IMG/VR virus record: IMGVR_UViG_3300005261_000064
Location: 1-40,682 of that record
Length of the DNA stretch: 40,682 nt
Origin: a virus
Taxonomy: Duplodnaviria > Caudoviricetes
Strand: one strand, 5' to 3'
In this document: positions 8,377 through 16,382 of the stretch, one piece after another
Layout: the number at the start of each line of letters is the position of its first letter
How positions within the stretch are numbered: the first letter of the stretch is position 1
Translations under genes and position numbers: made by a program
The notes under the pieces: model-generated
The model's input: only the letters and a program-made list of their open reading frames with translations
Database searches by the model: none
Told to the model about the DNA's origin: nothing

Positions 8377-8402
8377 AAAAAAGCCCGCTTGGTATGCGGG
8401 CT
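8377..8402 (-). terminator. Intrinsic terminator of the cI transcript
   Basis: Minus strand AGCCCGC-ATACCAA-GCGGGCT followed by a T-tract. Confidence 0.8.
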
Positions 8403-8563
8403 GACACTAGGTCCCCATGCTCCGTGGGGTAGTGACTACTACGGATCGGACGGCGCGAGGATGCCTGACTGAATTCCGAAGAAGTTAAGTGGTGGTGCTA
8501 TTTATATAGCATCCCGGCATCTATTCCCACGTCTAATGGTTTCAAATTCCGATCACATAACAA

Positions 8564-9076
8564 TCATAAATTGTTTGATGTGCTTGATATTCTTTGATTG
8601 TAATTAATGAATATATTGCAGCTGCCCGGAAAGGCAAACATATTAGATGTAATTGATGTTTTTCCGCTGGCCCACGAGATGTTTGAAGACTTTCCGAGGT
8701 TTGGGTTCGATGAGTATGCCAGTTCCTTACCGTATTTTGATCTTAGGGCTTCGGTAAGTCTTTTGTTGGTGTACTCGCAGTCGTCCAGCGTTGCTCCATT
8801 TCGTGTGTGCGATAGACTCACCTGATCGAGCTTGCCATCGAGAAAATAAAATCCAACTTCAAATGGCTCTTCTGCAACGGGGATGTTCTCTATTTTTAAT
8901 AGGAGAGTGGCCCCACTTTTTAATCTATTTTTGTCGGATGGAGTAACTGCCTTTACCGAAGGGTACTTCGATAAAACATCATCAACAGACATTCCGTGCT
9001 CGGAGAGGCCCCATAGTGGCTCAGCAATTACTGAGGTGCACGCAGCTATAGCTGCAACAAATAGGACTTTCTTCAT
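8564..9076 (-). CDS. Exported protein downstream of cI (lysogenic conversion or superinfection-exclusion candidate)
   Basis: Signal peptide MKKVLFVAAIAACTSVIA, GGGAG RBS, AT-rich, rexAB-like position. Confidence 0.75.
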   Translation of the reverse strand: MKKVLFVAAIAACTSVIAEPLWGLSEHGMSVDDVLSKYPSVKAVTPSDKNRLKSGATLLLKIENIPVAEEPFEVGFYFLDGKLDQVSLSHTRNGATLDDCEYTNKRLTEALRSKYGKELAYSSNPNLGKSSNISWASGKTSITSNMFAFPGSCNIFINYNQRISSTSNNL

Positions 9077-9100
9077 GTAATTTTCTCCCTTTTGATTTGG

Positions 9101-9802
9101 TTACATCTTTTTCCCATTCCAGGCCCAAACCACCCGGCCTAGAACCTGAATTTGATGGTCTCCATTCAATACATCAATAGTTTTCACTGTTGGGTTGTCG
9201 CTGCTCACTTCGATGGCCCCATCCAATCGCTGCCGTACCCTTTTAATGAAAAGCCTTTCGTGGACTGTGAGTACATAGACCCCATCAATGTGCGAAGGAT
9301 CTCGGGCGCCGGTATCAACCAGAAGGACGTCACCGTCACCGAACGTGGGCGCCATACTGTCACCGTAAGCATGAATGAAACGAAGGGCTTTATCAGACGA
9401 AGGTCGAATTCTGGTGGATACCCAATTTGGGGACACAGTGAGTGTCCCAACAATCACATCGTCATGTAGCGCTTCTTCACCGGGGCCCATAGCCCCTGCA
9501 TTGGCTAGCACTGGTATTTTTAGACCGTGTGCTGTATTGGGCAGCACCTCACCGCCTGGTGCCGTGACAGCATCTAAGAACATTTCACCTCTCCCTGTTG
9601 CGAGCCATCGGCCTGAGCACCCCAGGACCTCGACTGCATTCTCATGATTCTCTGCTGTGAGCGCCTTGGTCTTGCCTGTGCACACTTGGCCTATGGCTTG
9701 AACGGATAGTCCAATTTCTTCCGCGAGCCGAAGTCGAGGGTTGCTGTCCTTTGGCCACTTGGCAGCCAATGCCCTCTCAAGGCGATCACCGTACGTTTGC
9801 AT
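9101..9802 (-). CDS. cI: CI-like repressor (HTH + S24 peptidase)
   Basis: N-terminal HTH; AGAMG cleavage region; GDSMAPT catalytic Ser; FIKR catalytic Lys; VLGRVVW. Confidence 0.93.
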   Translation of the reverse strand: MQTYGDRLERALAAKWPKDSNPRLRLAEEIGLSVQAIGQVCTGKTKALTAENHENAVEVLGCSGRWLATGRGEMFLDAVTAPGGEVLPNTAHGLKIPVLANAGAMGPGEEALHDDVIVGTLTVSPNWVSTRIRPSSDKALRFIHAYGDSMAPTFGDGDVLLVDTGARDPSHIDGVYVLTVHERLFIKRVRQRLDGAIEVSSDNPTVKTIDVLNGDHQIQVLGRVVWAWNGKKM

Positions 9803-9875
9803 GAAAGCAGTCTTTCATAGATAAGCAAGAGAGGCAAAAAGCATTCTTGATCGTGGTGAGAAAGCATGCTTTAAT
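9801..9875. promoter_or_regulatory. OR operators with divergent PRM and PR promoters
   Basis: AAAGCAGTCTTT 9804, AAAGCATTCTTG 9838, AAAGCATGCTTT 9861; PR TTGATC-N17-TTTAAT; PRM (minus) TTGCCT-N17-AAGACT. Confidence 0.85.
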
Positions 9876-9881
9876 GTGCCG

Positions 9882-10145
9882 ATGTTGAAATCTGAAGCCC
9901 TCCAACTCCTCGGCGGCTCTCTCAAGAGTGCCGCCAAGCACATTGGCATCACTCCGCAGGCCATCTCTGGGTGGCCTGACGAACTGACCCCATCAATTCG
10001 TGATCGTGTTCAGGCCGCTTTGTGGCGTGAATCCGTAGCAAAGCATGTGGGGCCTGCAGAGGTCGATGACGGTAGGCGTACCGACATCCAGATTGCCCCA
10101 TCCACCAACGTTGAGCCAGTTGCCCAGTCGGAGTCGATGCAATGA
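9882..10145 (+). CDS. cro: Cro-like transcriptional regulator
   Basis: MLKSEALQLLGGSLKSAAKHIGITPQAISGWP HTH, divergent from cI. Confidence 0.85.
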   Translation: MLKSEALQLLGGSLKSAAKHIGITPQAISGWPDELTPSIRDRVQAALWRESVAKHVGPAEVDDGRRTDIQIAPSTNVEPVAQSESMQ

Positions 10146-10372
10146 CTCCGCTGCCTGGCCCTGATCCTATTTCCCTCCCGGCTGCCGATCCAATTCGCGC
10201 CGCTGCTCACCTGGAGCCACTCCTCTCCGCCAAAAGGCCGCGCTATGTCCGTGGGGGTCAATGCGTGTTGGCGGTGCGAGGCAGTCGGGGGTTTTCTATT
10301 CCTGCTCATGGCGCGAGTTTGTTCGGCGCCGGGCATTTCGTCTGTATCGAAATCGAAGGGGCTTCGTCATGA
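10142..10372 (+). CDS. Hypothetical protein (76 aa)
   Basis: ATGA overlaps with both cro and the cII-like gene; no recognisable motif. Confidence 0.4.
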   Translation: MTPLPGPDPISLPAADPIRAAAHLEPLLSAKRPRYVRGGQCVLAVRGSRGFSIPAHGASLFGAGHFVCIEIEGASS

Positions 10373-10836
10373 ACGTTTTGGACGCTGCTTACAACGTGGT
10401 GCATGACCAGCCTGGTGGTGCATCACCTCTCTCGGTGCGCCTGGGCAAAGGTCAGCATGTACTGGGCGCCGAGCTGGCGGGCCGTGGCAGTGCAAAGCTG
10501 GGCCTGGTGGACTCGGTCAAGATCACCCAGATGACAGGGGATCTGCGGATCCTGTTCGCGTTTGCTGAGGAGTGCGGCCAGCTTTGTGTGCCACTGCCTC
10601 AGGTGGTCGAGGTCGAGGCCGATGATGTGCTGCGCGCCCTGGCCGAGGCCTCGCATGAATTTGCTGAGCTTTGCGGCGAGGTCTGCAAGAGCATGGCCGA
10701 TGGCCAGATCAGCGATAACGAGCTGGATCGCATCGAGCGTGAGCGCAGCGAGTTGATGGCGGGTTTGCATTGCCTGGGTGAGCGCTTGCGCGCTCGCAAC
10801 CTGGCCAGCAAGTCGCAGCGCATGGGAGATCTCTGA
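10369..10836 (+). CDS. Phage regulatory CII-family protein
   Basis: MNVLDAAYNVVHDQPGG...ADGQISDNELDRIERE pattern and position after cro. Confidence 0.8.
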   Translation: MNVLDAAYNVVHDQPGGASPLSVRLGKGQHVLGAELAGRGSAKLGLVDSVKITQMTGDLRILFAFAEECGQLCVPLPQVVEVEADDVLRALAEASHEFAELCGEVCKSMADGQISDNELDRIERERSELMAGLHCLGERLRARNLASKSQRMGDL

Positions 10837-11108
10837 TGCGCCCAGCGGGAGAAATTCGAGTGGCGCTGCTCGATGCGGCGAAGGCGGCCTGTAAGAGTGG
10901 GCATGGGGTGACCATGCGAGAGCTGGCATCTCGTGCATGTGTAGGGCAGAAGGCTGCTCGCGAAACCATCAAAAACATGGTTCGGGCCGGTGTTCTTTTG
11001 CCTGCAGGTGAGCGGCGGGTTCATTACCGAAATCGGCCCGTGCTCGTCTACACAGTGCCGATGGCTTCCGCAAATGAGGCCTGTGCAGCGATTGCATCAG
11101 CGCACTAA
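10836..11108 (+). CDS. Winged-HTH hypothetical protein (90 aa)
   Basis: TMRELASRACVGQKAARETIKNMVRAGVL. Confidence 0.7.
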   Translation: MRPAGEIRVALLDAAKAACKSGHGVTMRELASRACVGQKAARETIKNMVRAGVLLPAGERRVHYRNRPVLVYTVPMASANEACAAIASAH

Positions 11109-11191
11109 GGGCACTATGCACGTGAATCGAATCAGTCCGGCTGAATCGCTGGCATGGATTGCTGTTGCCTATCCTCCGGGGGGTTGCAGCC

Positions 11192-13804
11192 ATGGCTGAT
11201 CTGCCACCAATCAAGGTCCGCGAGCTGGCGGAGGCTCTGCTGGACCAGGCTGAAACCCTGGTGCCGCAGTGGCTGCCTGGTGGCCGCTTCGTCCCGGGTT
11301 CGGCGCAGCGGGAGTATGTGTGCGGATCGCTGGCCGGAGGGGGGGGCGAGTCCTGCTCGGTGGGCACGCGCAACGGAAAGTGGAAGGATTTCGCTACAGG
11401 CGAGGCAGGGCTGGATCTGGTCAGTCTGTACGCCACGATCAATGAGCTGACCAACATGAAGGCTGCCGTTCAGGTGGCCCGGGAATATGGCCTGGAGGAT
11501 GTGGCCGGCCTGGTCAAGTCGGCCAAGGGTGGGGCGGTAGCGCCTAAGCCCGCCCGGGCCGCGCCGCCGCCAGCCGCAAAGCGACAGCCGGAGCGCGAAG
11601 GTTGGGAAGTCCTGGCGCCGGTTCCTGAGTATGCGCAAGAGGTGAATTTTGTTCACCACCACCGCCAGCCCGAAGACATCGAGCACATCTCGACGTATGC
11701 GCGTGACGGCAAGATCTACGGGTATGCCGTGCGCTTCAAGACCAGCACGGGCGACAAGGTGGTGCAGATCCGCACTTACTGCGAGAGCAAGTCAAAAGGC
11801 GGGGCTCGGTGGCATTGGAAGGGCTGGCCTGAGCCGCGTCCCCTGTTCCTGGCCAATGGCATGTTGCCAAACGGGCGCACGGTGATTGGCGTGGAGGGCG
11901 AGTGGAAGGCGGAGGTGCTGCAGGAGCTGCTCGACGAGGGCGCGCCCGGCATTTACACCGTGGTGGGATGGAGCAATGGGTGCGATTCGTGGCCCAAAGC
12001 CGATTGGTCCTGGTTGGCTGGCTCTTCAGTGATCCTCTGGCCCGATTGTGATTCGCATCGCGTCAAGCCCTCTGCCAAGGAGTACAAGGAGGCCGGGCAA
12101 AGCAAAGAGGCTCGGGCCGCACTTGAGGCGTCGAAGCCCTACCTGCCGAAGGAGCAACAGGGTGGGTACAAGGCCATGCTGGGCATCGGCTCGCTGCTGC
12201 GTGATCAGCATGGCTGCACCGTTCAAATGCTGCCCGTCGAGGGGCCTGGTGTGTTGCCACCAGGTTGGGATTGCAAGGATGCGATCCTCAAGGACGGATG
12301 GGACTTTGCTCGGGTGCTGGGCTACTTCGCACAGGCGTATGCATTGACGGCCGAGGCGGCACCTGTGCCCTCGCCTGCACCTCCTGCCGCCCCGCCGAAG
12401 CCCCCCAGAACCGATGCCCCCGCTAGCGCGGATGGAGAGGGTGGTGGCGGTAAACCCCTTCCGTGGTGGCTTGAGCCCTATTGGGACGCTGACAAGCAGC
12501 GATGGCTGGTGTCGCGCAAGCTGGTGATAACGACCCTGGTCCGTGATGAGGGCCTGCAGGGGGTGCTCGGGCTCAACCAGTTGAGCAATAACATCGAGGC
12601 CCGCAAGCCCTGGCCCTGGAAACAAGGCAAGCCTGGCCCGGTCACCGGGGCGGTGGATCTGCTGCTCGGCCGCTACCTCAGCAACACCTACGGGCTGCCC
12701 AGCATCAACCGGGCTGCTCTGATGGAGGCCATTGAGACGATCGCGCACGAGAACCCATTCCACCCGGTGCAGGAGTACCTGCAGGGCCTGGAGTGGGATG
12801 GCGTCAAGCGCATCGATAAATGGCTGGTCTACGTCATGGGCGAGAAGCCTGAGACCCTGTCCAAGGACCGCTATGAGTACCTCTGCCTGGTGGGCCGCTA
12901 CTGGCTGCTTGGCATGGTCAATCGGGTGATGGACCCGGGCTGCAAGTTCGATTACTGCCCGGTGCTCGAAGGGCAGGGCGGCCTGGGCAAGTCCACGATG
13001 GTCAAAACGCTGGCCAGCAAAGCATGGTTCAGCGATACACATTTCGATGTCAGCCGCGGCAAGGAAGGCCAGGAGCAGGTGCAGGGCCTGTGGGTCTACG
13101 AGATCGCGGAGTTGGCTGGGTTCGGCAAGTCCGAGGTCCAGCTGATCAAGGCGTTCATCAGCTCGGAGGTCGACCGCTACCGGCCCAGTTACGGGCGGGT
13201 GGTGGAGCAGTACCCCCGGCAGTGCGTGATGGTGGGCACCACCAACGAAAACACCTACCTGCGCGATCGCACAGGTAACCGACGTTTCTGGCCGCTGCCC
13301 GTGAGGCACCGAATCAATAACCCCTGGATTGCCAAATGGCGCGATCAGTTGTTTGCCGAGGCATTCGAGCTGTATCTGCAGGGGGCCGAGTTCTGCCCGA
13401 CACACGACCAGGAGGAGCGCCTGTTCAAGCCCATGCAGGAAAGCCGCCTCGTTGAAACCGCTGTGATGAGCGAGCTGCTGCATGTGTTGACCAGGCCGCC
13501 GATTGCCACCGGGATCGGTGCCATCGTCAACGACCTGACCGACTTTGTGACCATGGCGCAGCTCGTCCTCGCTCTTGGGGTTGATGCTGCCAAGTCAGGG
13601 CCTGCCCTGGAGGGACAGATCCGGGCCTGGATGGAGCATGAGGGCTGGGAGCGCGTCAAGAAGCAGGTCAACGGGCACCGCGCCTGGGGATTTGCCAGGC
13701 CCAAGAACTGGCCCCCGATCGAGGCCGATGACCCACCTACTGGCGGGGCTGCCGGCCCTGCTGATCACAACCCAACAGAGGACGACGAGAGTGCACCGTT
13801 TTGA
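11192..13804 (+). CDS. Primase-helicase replication protein (Toprim-like + VapE/virulence-associated E ATPase)
   Basis: WKDFATGEAGLDLVSLY N-domain; VEGE...WPDCD Toprim; Walker A GQGGLGKST; DRYRPSYGR...GTTN...DRTGNRRFWP. Confidence 0.9.
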   Translation: MADLPPIKVRELAEALLDQAETLVPQWLPGGRFVPGSAQREYVCGSLAGGGGESCSVGTRNGKWKDFATGEAGLDLVSLYATINELTNMKAAVQVAREYGLEDVAGLVKSAKGGAVAPKPARAAPPPAAKRQPEREGWEVLAPVPEYAQEVNFVHHHRQPEDIEHISTYARDGKIYGYAVRFKTSTGDKVVQIRTYCESKSKGGARWHWKGWPEPRPLFLANGMLPNGRTVIGVEGEWKAEVLQELLDEGAPGIYTVVGWSNGCDSWPKADWSWLAGSSVILWPDCDSHRVKPSAKEYKEAGQSKEARAALEASKPYLPKEQQGGYKAMLGIGSLLRDQHGCTVQMLPVEGPGVLPPGWDCKDAILKDGWDFARVLGYFAQAYALTAEAAPVPSPAPPAAPPKPPRTDAPASADGEGGGGKPLPWWLEPYWDADKQRWLVSRKLVITTLVRDEGLQGVLGLNQLSNNIEARKPWPWKQGKPGPVTGAVDLLLGRYLSNTYGLPSINRAALMEAIETIAHENPFHPVQEYLQGLEWDGVKRIDKWLVYVMGEKPETLSKDRYEYLCLVGRYWLLGMVNRVMDPGCKFDYCPVLEGQGGLGKSTMVKTLASKAWFSDTHFDVSRGKEGQEQVQGLWVYEIAELAGFGKSEVQLIKAFISSEVDRYRPSYGRVVEQYPRQCVMVGTTNENTYLRDRTGNRRFWPLPVRHRINNPWIAKWRDQLFAEAFELYLQGAEFCPTHDQEERLFKPMQESRLVETAVMSELLHVLTRPPIATGIGAIVNDLTDFVTMAQLVLALGVDAAKSGPALEGQIRAWMEHEGWERVKKQVNGHRAWGFARPKNWPPIEADDPPTGGAAGPADHNPTEDDESAPF

Positions 13805-13950
13805 CCCATTGGTCACGGTGCCTGAATCGCGCCGTGCTGCAAACACCACCAGACGCAAGATTGGCAGTGGTGTGCCCCGGGGTGGGCGCGTGGGCAAGAG
13901 CCCGCGTTGTGGCGCGGTAGCGGGGATCTCGGTGCACGCGCCTATGACCT

Positions 13951-14189
13951 GAGTGTCCAAGTGTCCACGGTGGCCACGGTTTTCCATAGAGGGCTGTGTG
14001 CATTGGTGATGTCCCATTTCGAGGGTCGAGCCGCTGCATTGCCCAACGGGTCAAACCCCGGTGTCCATCGCGAAATCTCAAGGCGGGCGGGCGTGTGCAG
14101 ACGTATGCACACGCGCTCACGCGCAACCCCACCTGTAACCCGTTAACCCTCTATAGAAAAGGCTGGACAGTATGGACACTCGGACACTC
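13951..14189. other. Putative replication origin (inverted GTGTCCA iterons)
   Basis: GAGTGTCCAAGTGTCCA (13951-13967) and its 16/17 inverted copy TGGACACTCGGACACTC (14173-14189), directly after the VapE gene. Confidence 0.55.
14095..14110. repeat. 15/16 copy of the parS-like palindrome within a 24-bp extended palindrome
   Basis: GCGT-GTGCAGACGTATGCAC-ACGC at 14091-14114. Confidence 0.85.
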
Positions 14190-14519
14190 TCAGCAGCAGA
14201 ACAGAGAGCACAGCAGGAGCGGCAGGAACGCATACGTGAAGGCCTGGAGACGATCAAGAACCGCATGCCTAAGACCTATCAGTCCATCAAGGACAAGGCT
14301 GCAGAGATCGGTGATGAGGCATACCGTTTGGTACGGCGCGGGTTGGGTGGCCAGGCCAACTGCTTCTATGCCTTCGAGCGGGGCTATGTCGTGGGAACGC
14401 CCTTCAACATGCCATCGGACGTCATGCCTGAGATGGCGGCACACATGGTGGTGTTTGGTGTGTCTCACCTGTGCATGTTTGGGTACAAGGTTGCGGGGGC
14501 GGCAGATGGCACGAATTGA
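14172..14519 (+). CDS. Phage hypothetical protein (115 aa)
   Basis: IKNRMPKTYQSI...LVRRGLGGQANCFYAFERGYVVGTPF; overlaps the Q start. Confidence 0.75.
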   Translation: MDTRTLSAAEQRAQQERQERIREGLETIKNRMPKTYQSIKDKAAEIGDEAYRLVRRGLGGQANCFYAFERGYVVGTPFNMPSDVMPEMAAHMVVFGVSHLCMFGYKVAGAADGTN

Positions 14520-14922
14520 GTGGGTCCGTCACAAGCTGGAGAATTGGGCGCGCTGGTGCTCGCAGCCCGCCTCGGGTGGCCTGGGCTTCCCCAGTCAGAG
14601 CACCTTTGCGCGGTTCATTGGTGCTGATCGCCGCGATGAGGCCAACGTGCCATTGCTCAGCCTGGAGGCAGAGCAGACCGACAGGGCGGTGCGATCGCTC
14701 CAGCTCAACCGCAGTCACCTCTACCTGGTGCTCAAGTACCACTATGCCGAGGGGTTGCCGATTCACCGTGTAGCTGATCGCCTGGGGCGTGCACAGAGCA
14801 CAGTCAAGGCCAACCTGGTGGCGGCCGATCATGCGATCGCTTCTTGGTATGAGGATCAGGCCAGCCTGCGACTCAAGGTGCAGCAGGCCGTCAATAACGA
14901 AAAAAGGAGTTTTACACCATAG
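14506..14922 (+). CDS. Late-gene antiterminator Q-like protein
   Basis: LENWARW N-terminus and C-terminal sigma4-like HTH; followed by a promoter and a terminator. Confidence 0.8.
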   Translation: MARIEWVRHKLENWARWCSQPASGGLGFPSQSTFARFIGADRRDEANVPLLSLEAEQTDRAVRSLQLNRSHLYLVLKYHYAEGLPIHRVADRLGRAQSTVKANLVAADHAIASWYEDQASLRLKVQQAVNNEKRSFTP

Positions 14923-14938
14923 ACCTTTATGGTAGATT
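14910..14938 (+). promoter_or_regulatory. Late promoter (pR'-like)
   Basis: TTTACA-like -35 and extended -10 TGgTAGATT at the end of Q. Confidence 0.6.
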
Positions 14939-14986
14939 TCAGGCATTGTGTGATAGCTGCGTCTAGCGATTGATCGCACAACCCGG

Positions 14987-15023
14987 AACCCCGCCCAGTT
15001 TGCGCTGTGCGGGGTTTTTCTTT
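14987..15023 (+). terminator. tR'-like terminator
   Basis: AACCCCGC...GCGGGGTT hairpin followed by TTTCTTT. Confidence 0.7.
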
Positions 15024-15026
15024 GGG

Positions 15027-15340
15027 TCTTCACCTGATGCGATTCACCTGGTTGAGTCGCATGAGGCGAGGTCGCAAAGTAAGCCCGCAGGTGAACCGGT
15101 CGGCTGGCATCGGGGTCACTCCCCGGATAAGTCCATTGCCTGTACTCAAGTGGCTCACATCACAACTGGGCCTAGGCTAAATCCACGTAGGCAGCTCCCT
15201 GCGACCTCACCAAATCCCAATGGCCCACCCACCAGAACTGACATTGCATCTTCACCTGATGCGACTCACTGAATCGAGTCGCATGAGGCGAGGGCTGCAG
15301 CGGGTGTTGGTGGTGGGTGGTTGGCCTGCTGCAGTTCCTC
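15027..15340 (+). ncRNA. Candidate structured late-leader RNA with two 45-nt hairpin repeats
   Basis: Repeats at 15027-15071 and 15249-15293 (39/45 identical), each followed by a GAGG...CCTC-closed stem; no convincing ORF. Confidence 0.5.
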
Positions 15341-15356
15341 CCTGATTGGAGATCCC

Positions 15357-15764
15357 ATGGCGTTCGGTATCAGCCCGAGGCGTGACCACGACGATAGACG
15401 CGGCTCAGCACATTCCCGGGGCTACACCTCTGCCTGGCAGAAGGCCCGCGATGTGTTCTTGCGAGAGAACCCGCTGTGTGCGATGCACCGCGAGCGTGGT
15501 CAGCATGTCGCGGCTCAGGTGGTCGACCACATCAAAGCACCGCGATTGCGCGACGCGCTCGACAGCAAGGACGATGAGCGCATCGCTGCCGCCCGTTCGC
15601 TGTTCTGGGATCGTGCGAACTGGCAACCACTCTGCAAGCTCTGCCACGACTCAGTTAAGCAGCGCCTTGAAAAATCTGGGCGGCTCTCCGGATGCGATGC
15701 ATCGGGCCGCCCCATCGACCCTCGGCACCACTGGCGCACCCAAGCGCAAGGGGAGGGGGGGTAA
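15357..15764 (+). CDS. HNH endonuclease (terminase-associated, HK97 gp74-like)
   Basis: NPLCAMH...VVDHIK...NWQPLCKLCHDSVKQ, just upstream of terS. Confidence 0.92.
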   Translation: MAFGISPRRDHDDRRGSAHSRGYTSAWQKARDVFLRENPLCAMHRERGQHVAAQVVDHIKAPRLRDALDSKDDERIAAARSLFWDRANWQPLCKLCHDSVKQRLEKSGRLSGCDASGRPIDPRHHWRTQAQGEGG

Positions 15765-15840
15765 AAAACTTTCGTCTGGCTTCGTTCCAGACCGTCCGCT
15801 CCCCCTCGTTCGCAACGCCGCGAAAAATGGAAAGGGGGGG
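15751..15840 (+). other. Putative cos region
   Basis: Between HNH and terS, G-runs flanking CGCCGCGAAA (15816-15825), which resembles HK97-type 3' cohesive ends as recalled. Confidence 0.5.
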
Positions 15841-15857
15841 GTATCGAGAGGAAAACC

Positions 15858-16382
15858 ATGGCTGGAAACTCAAATTCAGGTCGCCAGGCCCTGCCTGCGT
15901 TCCACCACCTGATGACTGGCAACGCCAGCAAGAAAAATATTGGCGCGCTGGTGGCTGAAGTGCAGGACGCGCGAGTTTCGACCTCCGAGCCACCCATGCC
16001 GAGCTGGCTCAGCGCTGTCGCTCAGGAGGAATGGCGTCGCGTCGTGGCCGACCTGCTGGTCTTGGGCTGGATTCACACCTTGGACATGGCAGCTCTCGCC
16101 AGTTACTGCGAGGCCTATGCCGACTGGCAGCGCTTTCGCCAGTTGATCACGGCCAAGAACAAAGAGATGGATGGTTCGGGCGATGTCCAGGTATTCGCCA
16201 CTGGCGCCAAACAGGTCAGCGTGTGGCGGCAGCTCGCCAACGATGCCGAGAAGCGGATGAACGCGGCAGGCGCAGCGTTCGGATTCACGCCTATGGCCAG
16301 GCGAAACATGAAGGCAGCGCCTCCTCAGGGGGAGCTTTTCCCCAACGAGGCCAAGGATGCCGAAGACCGATATTTCAATTGA
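15858..16382 (+). CDS. terS: Terminase small subunit (P27 family)
   Basis: PSWLSAVAQEEWRRV...DMAALASYC...FGFTPMARR. Confidence 0.92.
   Translation: MAGNSNSGRQALPAFHHLMTGNASKKNIGALVAEVQDARVSTSEPPMPSWLSAVAQEEWRRVVADLLVLGWIHTLDMAALASYCEAYADWQRFRQLITAKNKEMDGSGDVQVFATGAKQVSVWRQLANDAEKRMNAAGAAFGFTPMARRNMKAAPPQGELFPNEAKDAEDRYFN

Noticed and set aside
13996-14505. 308-aa version of the Q-like ORF
   Set aside because: The extension overlaps the origin and the 14172-14519 gene; Q-like sequence starts at ATG 14506
15068-15212. Canonical tRNA gene
   Set aside because: Acceptor-like stem and ACCA are present, but it is 145 nt long with no proper D arm, anticodon arm or TTC T-loop
15027-15293. 45-nt repeats as a CRISPR array, REP element or hammerhead ribozyme
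   Set aside because: Only two copies 222 bp apart and no cas genes; CTGATGCG lacks the hammerhead CUGANGA/GAAA core; REP similarity is limited to CCTGATGCGA
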